Source: Auanema rhodensis (lineage: Eukaryota; Animalia; Nematoda). From it: a DNA stretch of 64,000 nt. Positions 17,664 to 32,001 of the stretch are shown in pieces (the stretch's first letter is position 1; every line of letters starts with the position of its first letter). The notes below the pieces were generated by a model. It made no database searches. It worked only from the letters and a program-made list of their open reading frames with translations, and was not told the DNA's origin. Location of the stretch: assembly GCA_964057225.1 (NCBI GenBank), contig OZ059894.1:8494001-8558000 (forward strand). Direction: 5' to 3'. The position numbers and the translations under genes were made by a program.

Positions 17664-20600
17664 ATGTTTGGGAGAACCGGCCTTCAGCCGGCTCCTAATG
17701 TTCCCAATCCACGTAATGCCGGTCGGAAGAAAAGCAATCCAGTGAGTTAATTTTTTTATTATTTCTCTTATTTTGTTTATTAGTATAAATTGAAGCAATT
17801 TTACAATATAATTTCTCTGTAATTGTTGAAGTCATCTGTGATGATGTTGTTGTGTCATTTTCATAACGGCTCTAAATATTTCTTAGTTGTGGGATTAGGT
17901 TTTTGTTCAGAAAAATTGTGAAATATCGTGTAAATAGTTCGATAGAAACTGGGAGAACGACAAAGGGGTGGGTGAAAATTTATAAAGAGAGAGAGAGAAG
18001 AAGAGGGGGGGGGGAAGCTGTTAATAACTTTCGATTATTGATCAGATCTGTGAACATTTTTTGTTGAAGGTCCTTTCGAAGATAAGGAAATTCTTGATGC
18101 ATAAAGCTAGAAATGACCAAAAAAAACATCAACTATATATCTTGGTGGTTTATGAGTTTTCTATATGTCTTCTGATAAAGTCATTACATTAATCGTGATT
18201 GTTGGATATTGAACAGACACAGAAATCGTAGATTAACATTCATCTATTTTAATGATCCTGTATACATTTACATTGGTATTTGGTATGTGATCCACTAACG
18301 CGCTTGAATGATTGCGGATGAACGTTGATTATATCGTAACCTATTCTTCTAATTTTTTAAATTTACATATGTATATGCTGAAGTTCGGGAAGCAATTCTT
18401 TTTTCACGAAATTCTAAAGCATGGTGTGGTATTGCTTATGGCCATTCAAAGAAAAGATCTAAAATGTGGATTGAAAACTCGTTGTATTTTCAATTTCATG
18501 GGGGGAGGGAGGAGAAGAAGTGGGGGGGGGGGGTTGGCGACGATAAACTAAAATTCTGATGCTAACGATCAAACAGCTATTACGAAGAATATCATAGCTA
18601 CGACTGAGAGCATCTTATATCGTTGTCATTCAACATCCGCCAGACTATATCCATATAGATATAAATATATTTTGCACATATAACAATTGATATATGTATA
18701 CATGTAGAATATGAATTTTGGCGGACAAATTTGAAGAAAGAAAAGAGATAACTGAGAAGAAGATTCATGTACAGACCATAACTAACCTGTCGTGGCCCGT
18801 TTCGTAAAGAATTGAAATTGAAATCCGCTTCAGTTAGGCTTGTTCATCGTCTTCAAATACAGGTCCCGCCAATTTCTTCCTTTCGCTCTTTATTTCTTTC
18901 TCACTCTCTCTTTTCTTCTCTGTTACTTCATTTCAATCTTTTCCCCTCTACTACTTGTCTGCTCTCTCATTTTCTATTTTTCTTAAATTTCTCCTCTCTA
19001 TCCTTTTTTTCTAAATACATTTCAATCTCACTTTTTCTTTTCTAGTAAAGGTGGGAAATGAAAAAAAGAGGTGGATAGTTCAAAGAGGAGGCAAAAGAAG
19101 ACCCAGATTTCTTTCAGCGATTTGCAATTTGAGGGAACGATGAACGATATTAGCAGTTCCTGAATGCTGAATATTTTCAGTATTTCTGAATTTTCTTCGC
19201 CATTGTTCACAAGTTTTTGAGGGATTTTCAAATGAATAATTTCAATTCGAACTGACAGAAAGATCAAATAGATGACTTCGCATAAGGTTATTCTATCATA
19301 AATTAATCTTTTTTCATCTGAATAACTGTAAGGAATGTCCCAAGAAACATGGTAGACAAGGTCAGAACATTGTTGTTATTTCGATATTTCGAAAACAATT
19401 ATTTCTGCGAAAACGATGCTCCGATTACTTGCCTGGCTTTATAGCTTTTAGTGTAGGCATAATTTACTTTCACTAATTTGGTTGAATTATATTCAAACCC
19501 AAGCGTTTGAGCAACAGAGCATTCTTCATCTTGGCGATTTGCCATAAGAAAAGTGAAGCAAGGTAGCGAATATCTAACAAGAGAGCCACAGTTTCCATAT
19601 TTCCTACTATGATTCAAATCAACGGCCACTGTAAGGCGGCTTCTGATATTATAAAAACGATCATTTTCCATTAAAAATCACATAAAAAGAACTCCGAACG
19701 CAAAAAAATATTTTTTGGCTTACTTTACAGTTGATGACGACCTAGTTTTACGGCTCGCAGTTCTGACTTTTCACAGTGACAGGTCCGAAAAACAGATATG
19801 TGTAGCTATACAAAAGAGAATGTCCTATATAGAAGAACGATTGAGAAAAATAAGCCTTATTCTCCTATTTATTCACTGATTTAGTGCAATTGGTTTACTC
19901 TACTTTCTCATTTCAGGTTTGGGAATTTTTTACCGACCTTCGAGGTCATGGATTGGCTGGGGTTCGTTGCAGATTTTGTCACTGGGTAACTAATGATCGA
20001 AGTCCTACAACAATGAAATTTCATTTAAAACGAAAACATGACACAGGTAATTTAATTTTTTTTTCTGTCTCTGTATCAACACAAAAGCAATTTGTTCATC
20101 TAAAAAAATTGAAAATGAGTGATTATGAGTGATTATGAGATTTCATTTGATCAACCGAGTGATGCTTTCTGCTAATTGAAAATGATTGAATGGCGTCAAA
20201 CGGCTAATTGAGCAATTTAAATTTTTAATTTTTAAAAATTATTGTTTAGGGCCCGGTGGTTTGTGGGCAATTTGCGAAGAAAAAATTAATTCGCAAGCAC
20301 CTGCTAATTATGCTCCACGTACTAAAAAGGTAATATTGCATTTAATATGAAATGTTTTTACAACATAATTGTTATTATTTCAGGGTGATGATGTTTTATT
20401 AAAAGCTCTCACTCAAACCCGTCCCTTTAACAGCTTTAATCCATTTGGTACCGGTGATGTGCTTGGAACTGATTTAAAGAATTTTGCTCGTACGTTTGTT
20501 TGTTTTCTTTTTATTTCTTTTTGAATTTGAATGTTATTTGATAGCTTTATTCTGATAATCTTTGATACGACACCTATAAAATAGATTAATTACCTTGCAC

Positions 20601-23600
20601 ACATATATATGTATGCATAATTTATTAAAGCAGGTTGAGCCGATGCCATTTGAGAAAATTGAGTAAAATATTTTGAAATTGATATACAAATTTGAAATAT
20701 TTTTATATCAATTTCATATTCATGATTTTTATCAATTTTATTTTTGATTATTCTAATATAATTAAAGATTATACAATTTTCGATTTTCCACCAATTCTCT
20801 TTTCAACTTGAAACAATAATAGAATCTTCCTAAATGTTTAACTCTATTGTTCTTAAGAATATGCTACATAATTTTCGATCAATTTGATGAGAAATCTCAA
20901 AAATGCTTGAATTCCTTTTTTGAATTTCCATTGAAATATTATTTAAGGGAAATAATACTGCAAATATATGTTTATGTATATTTTTCCGTTGACTAGACAT
21001 ATATTACATATACATATGTATGTGTATCCATTAAAAATATAGGAATATAGCTAAAATATATTGATATGTGTGTGTGTGAAGAAGGTTATGCTCTAACCTG
21101 TTTATCTCGTTTCAAAGATTTTTAAAGTCAAAATTCCTTGATACCATTGAATTTCAATGTTTGAACAAACATTTATCCAAACTTATATTGATGATTTGCT
21201 TCAGCATAGCCCATATTCAAATATAAATATTTCACCATTTCTTATTTTCATTATACTACTAGGTTGACCATGCTGTACATTACTGTTAGTAGCTTCATTT
21301 CTTTAGTGTTGCACTCACTGAAGGCACAAATTCAGATGTTTGCAACCGTGTAGCCTATTTCAATCAGCTGCAAAAGACTTTCATCATGTTTTTCTTTAGA
21401 AGCTACACCCTTCTGCACGATATCAGGTGCAAAAAACGTTTCAAGAATGTTCGTTCATCAGGACATCTAAACGAATTTCATGAATTTCTCGATAATTTGG
21501 GCAATTCTCATTATTTTTTATAAATTTGCACAGTTTAAATAGAAGCAGTTAGAACAGTATAGGGTTCAATACCCTACATGACATCGTTGAGCGTTGTCCA
21601 GGCGACCATTCTTCTTAGACAGTAGGAAAGTGAGACCAGTTTCAGATGCTACATATGGCATGAACTGTAATTGAGGAACACTTCATCGTCCTAACTTGCT
21701 AATTCCAACAGTCATGTACTGAGGGAATTTTTGTTTTTGAAGATTTTCAGAACAGTAAAACTTCAATTTTTGTCTTGCCTTGTTCTTGTTCTCGTTCTGT
21801 TTTTTTAATGTGTGTGTGTGTGTGTGTGTACTAACAGCATATCGAGCTGTCAATTTGCATGAAATATTGCCATTTTGACATTGAACAGCAGGAGATAGAC
21901 TATTCAGCCATTTTTGATCGTATGATGAAGCTGTTATAGGAAAAGAGAAAGAGAAAAAAAAAGAGAAAGAGATGCGGCACAAATGATAGAACCAAGAATG
22001 AAGCTCCTGTGTTACTTCTTTGACATCCATTTTCACACTATACCGAACAGGTTCAGTTCATTTCCCTCTCGCTCTTATTTTCTTTTTTCGATTCTTTTTT
22101 CTTTCCAAAACACTCTCTTACTAGCTTCGGTTATATGTTACCTCTCGTTCTCACTGTTTTCTTTTCATTTCCTACACTCTTTCTCTCTCTCTCTCTCTCA
22201 CTCTCTCTCTCTCCCTCTCTCTCTCTATCTCTATCTCACATTCCACTTATCATCTTTTTAACTCTCCCTTTTTCCTTTACCCTTTTCGTGTCTATTCCAT
22301 TGGACTCGGTTGCTTTCCAATTATCTCGTCCTCTTCTATGTCTGTTTCCGAACGACACTAGCATTGTCCACGTTTGGTACGTAGTGCAATCTTCGTAGCC
22401 ATCATGGTCTACAGCTGATGGCGCTTTGTCTCCTTCATAGTAGTCGTCATTGCATGCCCATTCTGTTGGTCTCGTTAAAGTACCATTCTTCTGTGTCAAA
22501 ACCAAGTTTGCCATAGAAGCTGACTGTTATTTCTATCAATCTGTTGTTATAAACTTTTAAGATTTCAAAATATCTATTCTCATTCCTTCCATTGCTTCGT
22601 TGAAGTAACCCGTTCATCATCAAAGAACAGTTATGCCATTTGAATAAGCGAAAACACTAAAACTTCCTGAAATGAGAATCAAATCTATCACGTAGAATAG
22701 GTTCTTTTTTGGTGTTGTTTCCTTTTTGCGTTTACAGACTTCATGCTTGTTATGTCTGGAAAACAGCGGAACATCTGGGCTGTCTGTTTGCCATCATCTA
22801 GCCTCTCTTGATGTTTCTCGTAACCCTTTTGAAAGCATTCGAACTTGACCTTTCATCATAACACCTTTGACATAAAATTGAATGTTTGTTACATGACCAA
22901 AACACAAACAAGAAGTTTTGAGTTTATTTACAATTAGTAATTCATTTTCAGTTACCGCCCAGGACGACTTCCTCACAAACTTGATCCAACAAGCAACTAG
23001 TATGTCAGCTTCGCCCGGCGAGGTTGGTTTCCCTTTCACGCCATTCCATTCTCAGTTTGTAGTTCAATAGCCCATCTAATTGTTTCTTCTTATTACTTTT
23101 TTTGTACTTCGTAAAATAGAATCACTTTTTTTCTTATAGTGTCAAGAAAACGAAAGTGGTCTATCTCTCTCTGACGCTTTATTCCTGAACAAGCTGAACG
23201 AAAGCGCAATGGTGAGTTTCAAATTTGAATTGAAGCTATTCTGCCAGATACTTCTTTCAAATTTTTAATTATTATTTTTTCCAGACTGGCCCAGATAGTT
23301 CTGATCAAATATCCAACGGAGCATTAAAAGAAGAAGATGGTACATCTTCATCAGTTAGTGGAATGATCTCCAATCCGTCAGAATTTCATCTAAGTGAAGG
23401 CAATAGTGTTACGACACTTTTACAGGTTTGTTTCTTTCTTTTTATAAATTTGTGTGTAATCACTTGGATTTTATTAATGATTGCTTTTTGTTATCTTATT
23501 TCTGGAAAAACTCAAGAATTTACTGTCAAATTATGCCATTCTCGGGAACGTTTCATAGCCAAAATGTAGGAGAAAAAACGCAACAAACTGCCACATTGTT

Positions 23601-24324
23601 GTCTGGCTTCAGTTCAATTGTTGTGTCCATGTTTTCCTTCATTTTAAGTAATAGAGTTAAACGTGCCTTACTTGGTCACAACCTTTTCTTTTCATTTCAA
23701 CATGTTGTTGTTATTCTTTATTCTCATTAATTTTAACAAAAGATTTCTGTTTGTAAACAATCATTACAAACTAAATGAGAAAAGGAGTAACTAATTTCCT
23801 GACCACGTTCTACATTTCATATATTACATATAACTATATGGATTTATGATGTAGTCAAGAACAACTGTGACACAAAACAAGGACAACGTCGAGCTTTTAC
23901 GATTACTTGTCTTTCGGAGCACAAAAACTTGAAGAAATCGAAAAACATGTATGACACATTTGACTGTTTTTTGTGTTTCAGATCGCTTCAGACAATGACA
24001 TGGCCTTCTCATTCAATTCTCGACGACGAGCTGAATACTGCTTCTCATCAAACCAACGATCGGTATGTTTTCTTTCTTTAATTTCTTTCGTTCAAACCTT
24101 TTAAAAGTCATTTGCTGAATGCATTTACCTGTTTCTGACCATATGCTGCAAATTCAACATATTTACAGGGCCGATCTGTTGTTTTTGCTGATGTTGGTGC
24201 AGAAATTCGGGTAGCACAAAAAGTTGGCGACGAAGAAATCAACGTAGAATTATGGAGAAAGAGTGATTGGGCTCAATTCTGTTGGGCAGTACGAGGAGCT
24301 TGTCTTCATTTCTTAAAGAATTAA
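17664..24324 (+). CDS. BED-type zinc-finger protein (~304 aa), putative transcription factor
   Basis: Nine phase-consistent exons: 17664-17741, 19917-20046, 20250-20329, 20384-20489, 22952-23022, 23140-23211, 23285-23425, 23982-24062, 24169-24324. BED signature RKKSNPVWEFF...VRCRFC...SPTTMKFHLKRKH. Ends ...WRKSDWAQFCWAVRGACLHFLKN*. Confidence 0.85.
22182..22237. repeat. Imperfect (TC)n microsatellite in a BED-gene intron
   Basis: Direct reading. Confidence 0.85.
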
Positions 24325-24374
24325 GATAACAATATGATAATAGTATATTTAACAATGTGACAATCAATCATCAA

Positions 24375-24418
24375 CATCATCATCATCATCATCATCAATA
24401 TCATCATCATCATCATCA
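24375..24418. repeat. Interrupted (CAT)n microsatellite in the BED-gene 3' UTR region
   Basis: Direct reading. Confidence 0.85.
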
Positions 24419-27400
24419 AGTTTCTCAACTTCAGATTATTCTTTTCTAAACTCCTTAAAGTTCTTTCTCTCGTGTCAAACTTTGCACAGGGCTGGCAAAA
24501 AAGCCATTGTTACTGGTTCATCCTTTCTATTATGTACTATTCTTGATCCCGAGTTTACATAGCCCAGTTCAACTTATTTTCTAAAGAATAATCTCACTTT
24601 CAATGTTCCAAAGCTTTTTATTTTATATTTTTTGAAACTTTTGTCTTAGAATTTTAAAATATTCCAAATTTAATGATTCCAATAATATACATATGTTATA
24701 TAATTTATTTGATGATTAGCCTGAAATTGCCAACTTCAGTTTTTTTTAAAATTTTTTCTTCTGAAAATTTCAATTGAAAAATGATATTTTGAATTTTTCA
24801 ATAATTTCGTATCAAAATCGAGTGTCCATACTAATTTGTAGGTATAATATTGTTTGATATACATATGTATGTATGTATGTATACTTATTTAATTCTTTTT
24901 TGTTAAATTTGAACAAAAATTAATTATAACTGTATGAAATAATTCATGTATAGGAAATATATTTCAATTTTTTTCTATTTTACAAGTACTTTTTTTTGTG
25001 AAACTGCTAATACGTCAACCTGAACAATATATAACATCATTTCATCTTATATAATGTATTTATATATTATAATTGGGAATGGTTTGACATTGTATCAACA
25101 GATTATCGTAAAATACGATCTCAGATGCCAATAAAGTATTTTTATTCTTAAAATTATCTTTTATTTTTTCTGATAATTTAAAGGAATTTCATAAAACAAA
25201 ACAAAAAAAAACAAGAAACGGAACTAATGCAATAAATCTGCTACAAGAAAATAGAATTTTCTTGATTTCATTTTATGTTTTAACGATATATGGACATAAC
25301 TGTTTCGATTTTTCAGGAAAAGAATAACAGGAAGAATATAACCGTGTGAACATTACAATACTGTTTCAAGCAATAGTTTACAAGTTAAAGACAACTTGTC
25401 CATCCTGTTCTATGAAGGTTGAGAGAGAATGCAACCGCTCAGATTTGAATTTTAAAACGAAATGAGTAATTAGAAAAGTAAAAAAAAAAGTAAAACGTCA
25501 AATTCACGTGAGACGTTGAAATAGCACATTAAGATAAATGACCAAAATATCAATTTTGTCAAAGAAACAGTATTCGATGTCTACTGTATAAATGAAAGTA
25601 CAACTAAATTTTCTATTAAAATGACCAATTGTTGATTATAGACCAATTATGCCAATTTCCAAGGTTTTTCAAAAAGTACTCATTTTTCTATTGTTTTCAT
25701 TGACATAATTACAAGTCAATTACAAGTCTAATTGGAAAAACTAGTCGAGGCTTCATCATGTCTCTTACGGCTCTCACTGACGGTCAGTCTGTGTTCTTGT
25801 CTGCGTAATCATTCAAACCAATGCGATTCGCTGATATTCTATGTACTGACCTTCGGTTCAGCAAATACAGACGATTGTGAATACGAGATTGTTTGGAAAA
25901 CTACTTCTATTTTCATATCAGTAGATTAATGATAATAGAATATATCTTACATATTGAATTATCAATCAATTTTTGTTTGTAACATTTCTAAACAGTATTT
26001 GTTCCAAAGTAGACAATGTGATATTCGATTATTAATGTATCATATTAAGAATTATCATTATCATTCTCAATCTTTTGAAAACAGACTTCTATAATCTTCG
26101 TCACACTCTTCATATATAGTTGTTTATGGAAGTAACTGTAACCGTAAACTGTTTTCACGTGTTCAAGTTCATATCTGAATATCTCCTCCTCCTCCAAATT
26201 CCACAACTATACGGCAGATGATAAAGACTATTAATGAATTTAAAAAGAAAAAAATACTACTGTCTATGCACGTGACAAGTGTTTAGAACAAAAAAATTTG
26301 TAATCTCCTCATCATCTCAGACTGTTTTTACGATGACCGTCTGTTTGGTTAAATAAAGTACACAAGCTGAAATCAGAAGCTACTTACTATCGTCGTTAAA
26401 TTGCTCATCTGTTGATTTCCGTCAATTTTGTACTCAGCGCATCGCCATATACATCGAATAGTATTCTCTCCCGTCTTGATCGTCAACACTCTCTTCTAGT
26501 TAGTTGGTCTATCACCGTCATCATCATCATCTCCTTCTTCTTCTTCTGATCCGCCAACATCGAATGTACAAATACACTGTGAGACATAAATACTATGCAT
26601 TCTTTTGCTTCCAACATTCCACTGTCTCATTTTCTTTGTTCACTTAACAAAACTTTCTTATTTTTCAGACAGAAGGTTTATTCATTATGATAGATATTAC
26701 TTTGACAATCTTTCTGTTTAAGCTTTACCCCACTTTCCCCTTTTTCTCTTTATATCCTTCTCTCTTTCTCTCTCTTTTTTGTCTCTATGTGATCTTTCAG
26801 AAAACTTCTGGAACTATCCTGTCTGGTTTAACCAACTAACAGACTGATGTAAACTGTCTCGTAACAATCACATCAATGATGTGAGCTTCATCTCTTCTCC
26901 GTATACCCTTCTCCTAAGCCTTCTTTCTCTCTTCCTCCTTTCACTCTCACTTGTTCTCCGACATAGACAGCTATAGCAATGTGCACTTATAGTTTGTGAT
27001 CTTCTTTATTTTTCGCATTGTTCAGCTTATCTTTGATTCTTTGATTTTCTTTTTTTACAATTATCTTATCGAATCGGCTTTGCCTCCCTTGTTCCGCTTA
27101 TTCAACTTGTATACATATTCCAAATATTTTTGTCATCTTTCAACATAGAACAAATCGTCGTACATAAAGATATGAATCATTGTCATGATATTTACATTTA
27201 AAAAAAAGATTTTATCCTTTTTTTGGCTTACTTGTCATCTGAAAAAACTATTTTTCTCATTCATAAATAATGAATACAAGTATTAAAATATGATAAAACT
27301 TTTCCTGAACAGTAGAATTTAGATTTTCCTCATTTGGCATGAGCAGATGTTTCAAAGATGTTTCATAGATTTTAAAATATGTATATTATACTATTAATAT

Positions 27401-30400
27401 ATCAAAATCAACTGCTTGTCAAGTGATTGATTACACGATTACTTTGATTTCCTATTTGACTTTTTGGCCTTTTTCAAATGTCTTTTCAACCCTTCTCGTA
27501 TACATGAATCTCTGTATATAATTTCATCTTTTTTTCCGTATTCTCACCTTTTTAAGTAATTCTTCTCCTTTTAAAGGACTGGTTCGAGATGTTCTTTTGT
27601 TTTCTTTATAAGTCATTTGCGTACTGTAAGTATAGGTGGTTGGATAGCATTCTCAAAATATTTCCAACTTTTGGCTATCAAATTTGAAAAAAAAAACAAT
27701 TTAGATAAACATATATATTATACATTTGTTTAGTATATGTATAGTTCAATATAAATAATAATAGCTAAGTGCGCACATAACAGATTAACCAAGAAGGAGA
27801 TTCAAATACTTACATGATACTTATGTTTTTCCTTCACCGAAACGGGTACAAGTTCAATATTCTGATGCCTATCCTATGCCTAGATGTGTTGCCCTGATTC
27901 TTTACAACTGTTTCTTCTGAATCATTTGTTTGACCTCACTTTCCGGAATCTGATCGACGAATACTGATACGATCATTAGGAAAGGTAAATGTGACATGGT
28001 GACAAACACACTTCCGATAATGGTGAACAGATTAAGAAGAGCGAAAAGTGAAGATCTGCAGCTGGATTTAGATTATGTTCATGGTTTAACGGCGAAAAAA
28101 CACTAATTTTCATGATAGTCTGGAAGTGTTTTTCAAATTTTTTCATCCAAAAAGTGTCTGGTCCTCTAGCACGCAGGTACATGGCGTAATCGAGCATCTA
28201 TATTCATTTTCTTGTTCTTGTTCAAAGATTGTATCTAGTCTATACGATAGCGGCAACTTTTCAACCACGTATTTATAAAATTCCTCTCATTCCTTCGATC
28301 CGTTAACTCGTCAACGTACTTTTTGTCAATTTTTATTATGAGATAATATAGTAAATTGTCCCGTTTTACTATTATTATTCCTCTTCTTTCACCTTGCTAC
28401 TTGGTGCTCTTTGAATTTTTGACAGCTGTGAACAACTAAACCACTGGTTGTTTCTTCTATGGCATCATCCCTTGAACAAAAAGTCGTAAAGTCATCAGAT
28501 TGCTTGATCACACAGAACTCAGCTGTGTCGACATTTTTTCGCTTTCATCTGCCATTCAACATCTGTATGTGTATCTTTCTTCAAACTATCTAGCTACCGA
28601 CACAAGAGATATCGTTGCCGTTCGATGTCGACTTTGTTGGATTTGAAAGACCTTTCCATAAAAGCAACTGATGCTATTCTGTGATTCTAATTGAAGCGAC
28701 GTTTATCATTATGATGGCATCGAGTACATCTACACACTAGAAGAAAACTTTAGTAACAGGTTTTTCAACACCATTATCGTTTATTTACACCAGCATTTCC
28801 TTTTTTTTAAATGGCGACTAGCCGATGTTGCTATCGCTATGAATGTGGCCGATCGAAATGTTAACTGTATTCTCCTCCTCCCAGATAGAAGCAACTACTG
28901 ATTGACAATGGAACAACAAATTGACCGCAACCTGTACAGCATCATAATAACTCATATCATCAGTGTGTATGATGAAAAATAATTCAATTAGGGATTTAAC
29001 CTACAGTTTATTACTTCTTATCTTCGTTTATTATATTTCAAGAATAGCCATTTCACTTTCCTCTTACTCCACTCATGTGACGGTTGGAATGTAGTATGTT
29101 AGTCAGGAGCATAGTACATGATGATTCAGGTGCTTCACCGTTGAAATGAATGTTCATTTACACATCGCATTCTTTACTTTATGCTCATCCAGACTTCTAC
29201 TATAATATTTTCATCGTTAGAAGCGTTCTTCTCGACAACATTATCATGTTCCATCTGCTGTCATACAGAATTAGTCTCGTCAGGTAGCATCGCAAAGACT
29301 TTAAGTTCAGCGTCGTCGTCGTCTTCTTCTTCTTCTTCTTCTTCTCCTTCTTCAACGTCGTCGTTGTCGTCCACCACATAACTTTGACGACTCTACCCCC
29401 ATTTATGTGGCTGGCCTGTTTCGGTATCTAGCTCTGCTTCCTGTTGTCTGTTTCAAATTGTTCGTAATGAATAAGCACATGATACGTCTACAATGTCGAC
29501 CGGAATCATATGATTCCGGTAGAAAGAAACCGCATATTTACAGTAAAAATCATAAATATAGAATAAAACATGCTTGATTAACTTCTATTGTATTGTATTT
29601 ATAATTTATACATTTATATTTTGTATTTCACTACGAAAGAATTGTTTGGAATGTGATAGTTCTATCCCTAACTTCTAAACAATAATAATCGTAGCATGCA
29701 GATTATTAGCCGTATTTTCGAATGATATTGCAAGATGGTCTAAACCACAGGACCGTCCGATGAGACCAGGGCAAGGAAGACATTGTCGTTGACGATTGCT
29801 AAATAGGCGAGAATGTGAGGAATGTACCTCCATCTTTCTTCTATCTCCACCATTCCTATAGTTTCTTGATTTCTCTCAGACGAATGAGCGGCGTTGGAAG
29901 CGGCAAGGACAGTCAAGATGACGAGGAGGTCTCTCGTCTTCTCTTCTCTCTTCTTGAAGTAAACAAATTGCCAATGTTATCTCTCTACGTACGTAAAAAG
30001 TTTGTGAATCTTGATGACACCTTCGTTCCGTATCACTCTCTATTCCTCTATCTCTATCCCTCAAATTTGGCTGAATCTTTTTACCTTTTCTCTCTTTCTT
30101 TCTCTGTTGCTCTTAACTACTCTTTTCTTTTACCTGTTCGACTCTTGCTAATTCCCAACATACGTATTACGTGAAGATATTTGGAAAGAATAAAAAGTAA
30201 TCTTTGTTATCTATTCACTCTTAAGTAGTTTCTAATTTCTTGCAATTTTTGCGCGAATTACCTTACTCACCTGGTTGATTGCGACCTTATTGTCATTACC
30301 GTTTCTTTCAACTGAATCCATTGCCACATGGGAGAATGGCATTTTCCTTTCTATTGATTGATATACTTGATTCATGTGTCAAACAAATCGATTATTCTCT

Positions 30401-31931
30401 TTAAATAAGTTCACAACCAAAAATTTTATCTACTGGCCTTAATCTACTGAACAATGCTTCGGCTCTTTGACGCAACGTCAACACTGTCAGATTTAACCTT
30501 ATGTCGTCGATCGGAATTTAAAGAATTTAATATATTTTCTTTTTTTTCCGAACAACACAACACATATTTTCATTTTTTTTTGATCAATTAATATTTAATA
30601 TAATGATTGATAAAATGCACTATATATGTCTAATACTATATGAAAGTATTTACAATTATTGTCCGGGGACATGTATACATACATATGTCTTTCCACCCTC
30701 TTCAATTCCAATTGCTCAACGATCATCGTAAACCATTGAAGCAGCACCACCGTCTTAGCCTCCAGTTCTGGCAGAGTTATGCAAAAAAAACCCGAATTTG
30801 AATCAGATAACAAGCAACGGGCTGTTCATCATCCTTTAGTATAATTTATGTACAAGCATTTTGCCAACGCTAAATCGGTCTATGTCATTCCTATCGACAT
30901 AATCATAACCACATGTCTATCTACATGTTTTTCTTTGAAATGATCGTGAACGTTATGTCTACGGGTATACAGAAGATGAAAGAATTACGACGACGGCACC
31001 ACGTCAAAACCTGTCGTCCTCGTCATCGGCATTAATGGCAAGCCAGCTTCTCTTTCTCTTTCTTTGATGTCCTCCCCTCTCATTTTCAAAAAGTTTATTT
31101 CCTTTTTTTTCAATTTTTAAAAGTTTAAATGAATCAATATATGATCCGTTTTAAATACAAATCAATCACGTATGCCACATATACTAAGTTCCAAATTTTT
31201 TCAGTCATAATTGACGCTTTTACGCAATATCTCTCCAGAAATTTTTTTTTCATCAATGATAAACAGGCTGATTGATAAAAATTCACAACGCATCTAAATT
31301 TATAAATCAAAATGTAATGCTTTGAGAAAAGTAACCAAAGTTTGATTTTCGTAATTACATCTGTTTATCTGCAACTATGATCAACCATCAAGAAGTCGTT
31401 TTTTCAGTCTAACTTTTGTCTTCTTCAGCTTTTTGCTGTTTAGTCCTCTATCCTTTTTTTTATTCCGTGCAAATAATGTTTTCAAACATTACAAATGTTT
31501 TTTCATTATTCCCTTCGCAATTTCCTATTTTCTAAAAAAAAAGAGAAAAAATTGACCTATAACCTAAACTATTATCAAAAATGAAGTAACAAGATGATGA
31601 ATACCTTATGTTTTGAACATTGAATTGAATTGAAGAATTATTTGAATTTTTTCATCATTGTTTGCAACTAATAAACATATATCTATGATTTATTGTTATT
31701 TTTTACCTGTATGCATGACTTCACTCCATATGACTATAAAATGTTTGAAATTTTTCTATTTTTCCTTATTTCATCATAAACTTTTTCCCATTTTAAGTAT
31801 CAACAATTTTTCTGACTTTACCTTCAACTTTCAATCATTTTCTTTTTCAAAAACTTCTCTTCACGTTTCACGTTGCAATGACGTGAATATTTCTATTTCA
31901 TTTTCATTCTTGTCGACGCATTGACCGGCTG

Positions 31932-31934
<3 letters not shown>

Positions 31935-31997
<63 letters not shown>
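31935..31997. repeat. (TC)n microsatellite, ~31 units
   Basis: Direct reading. Confidence 0.95.

Positions 31998-32001
<4 letters not shown>

Noticed and set aside
20489-23140. Apparent frame mismatch in the BED gene suggesting a pseudogene or truncated isoform
   Set aside because: Resolved by the 71-nt exon 22952-23022 (ATTTTCAG acceptor, phase 1 to 0).
29085-29100. TGGAATGTA resembling the miR-1 5' end
   Set aside because: The rest does not match miR-1 and there is no hairpin. Sites on both strands fit a DNA motif better.
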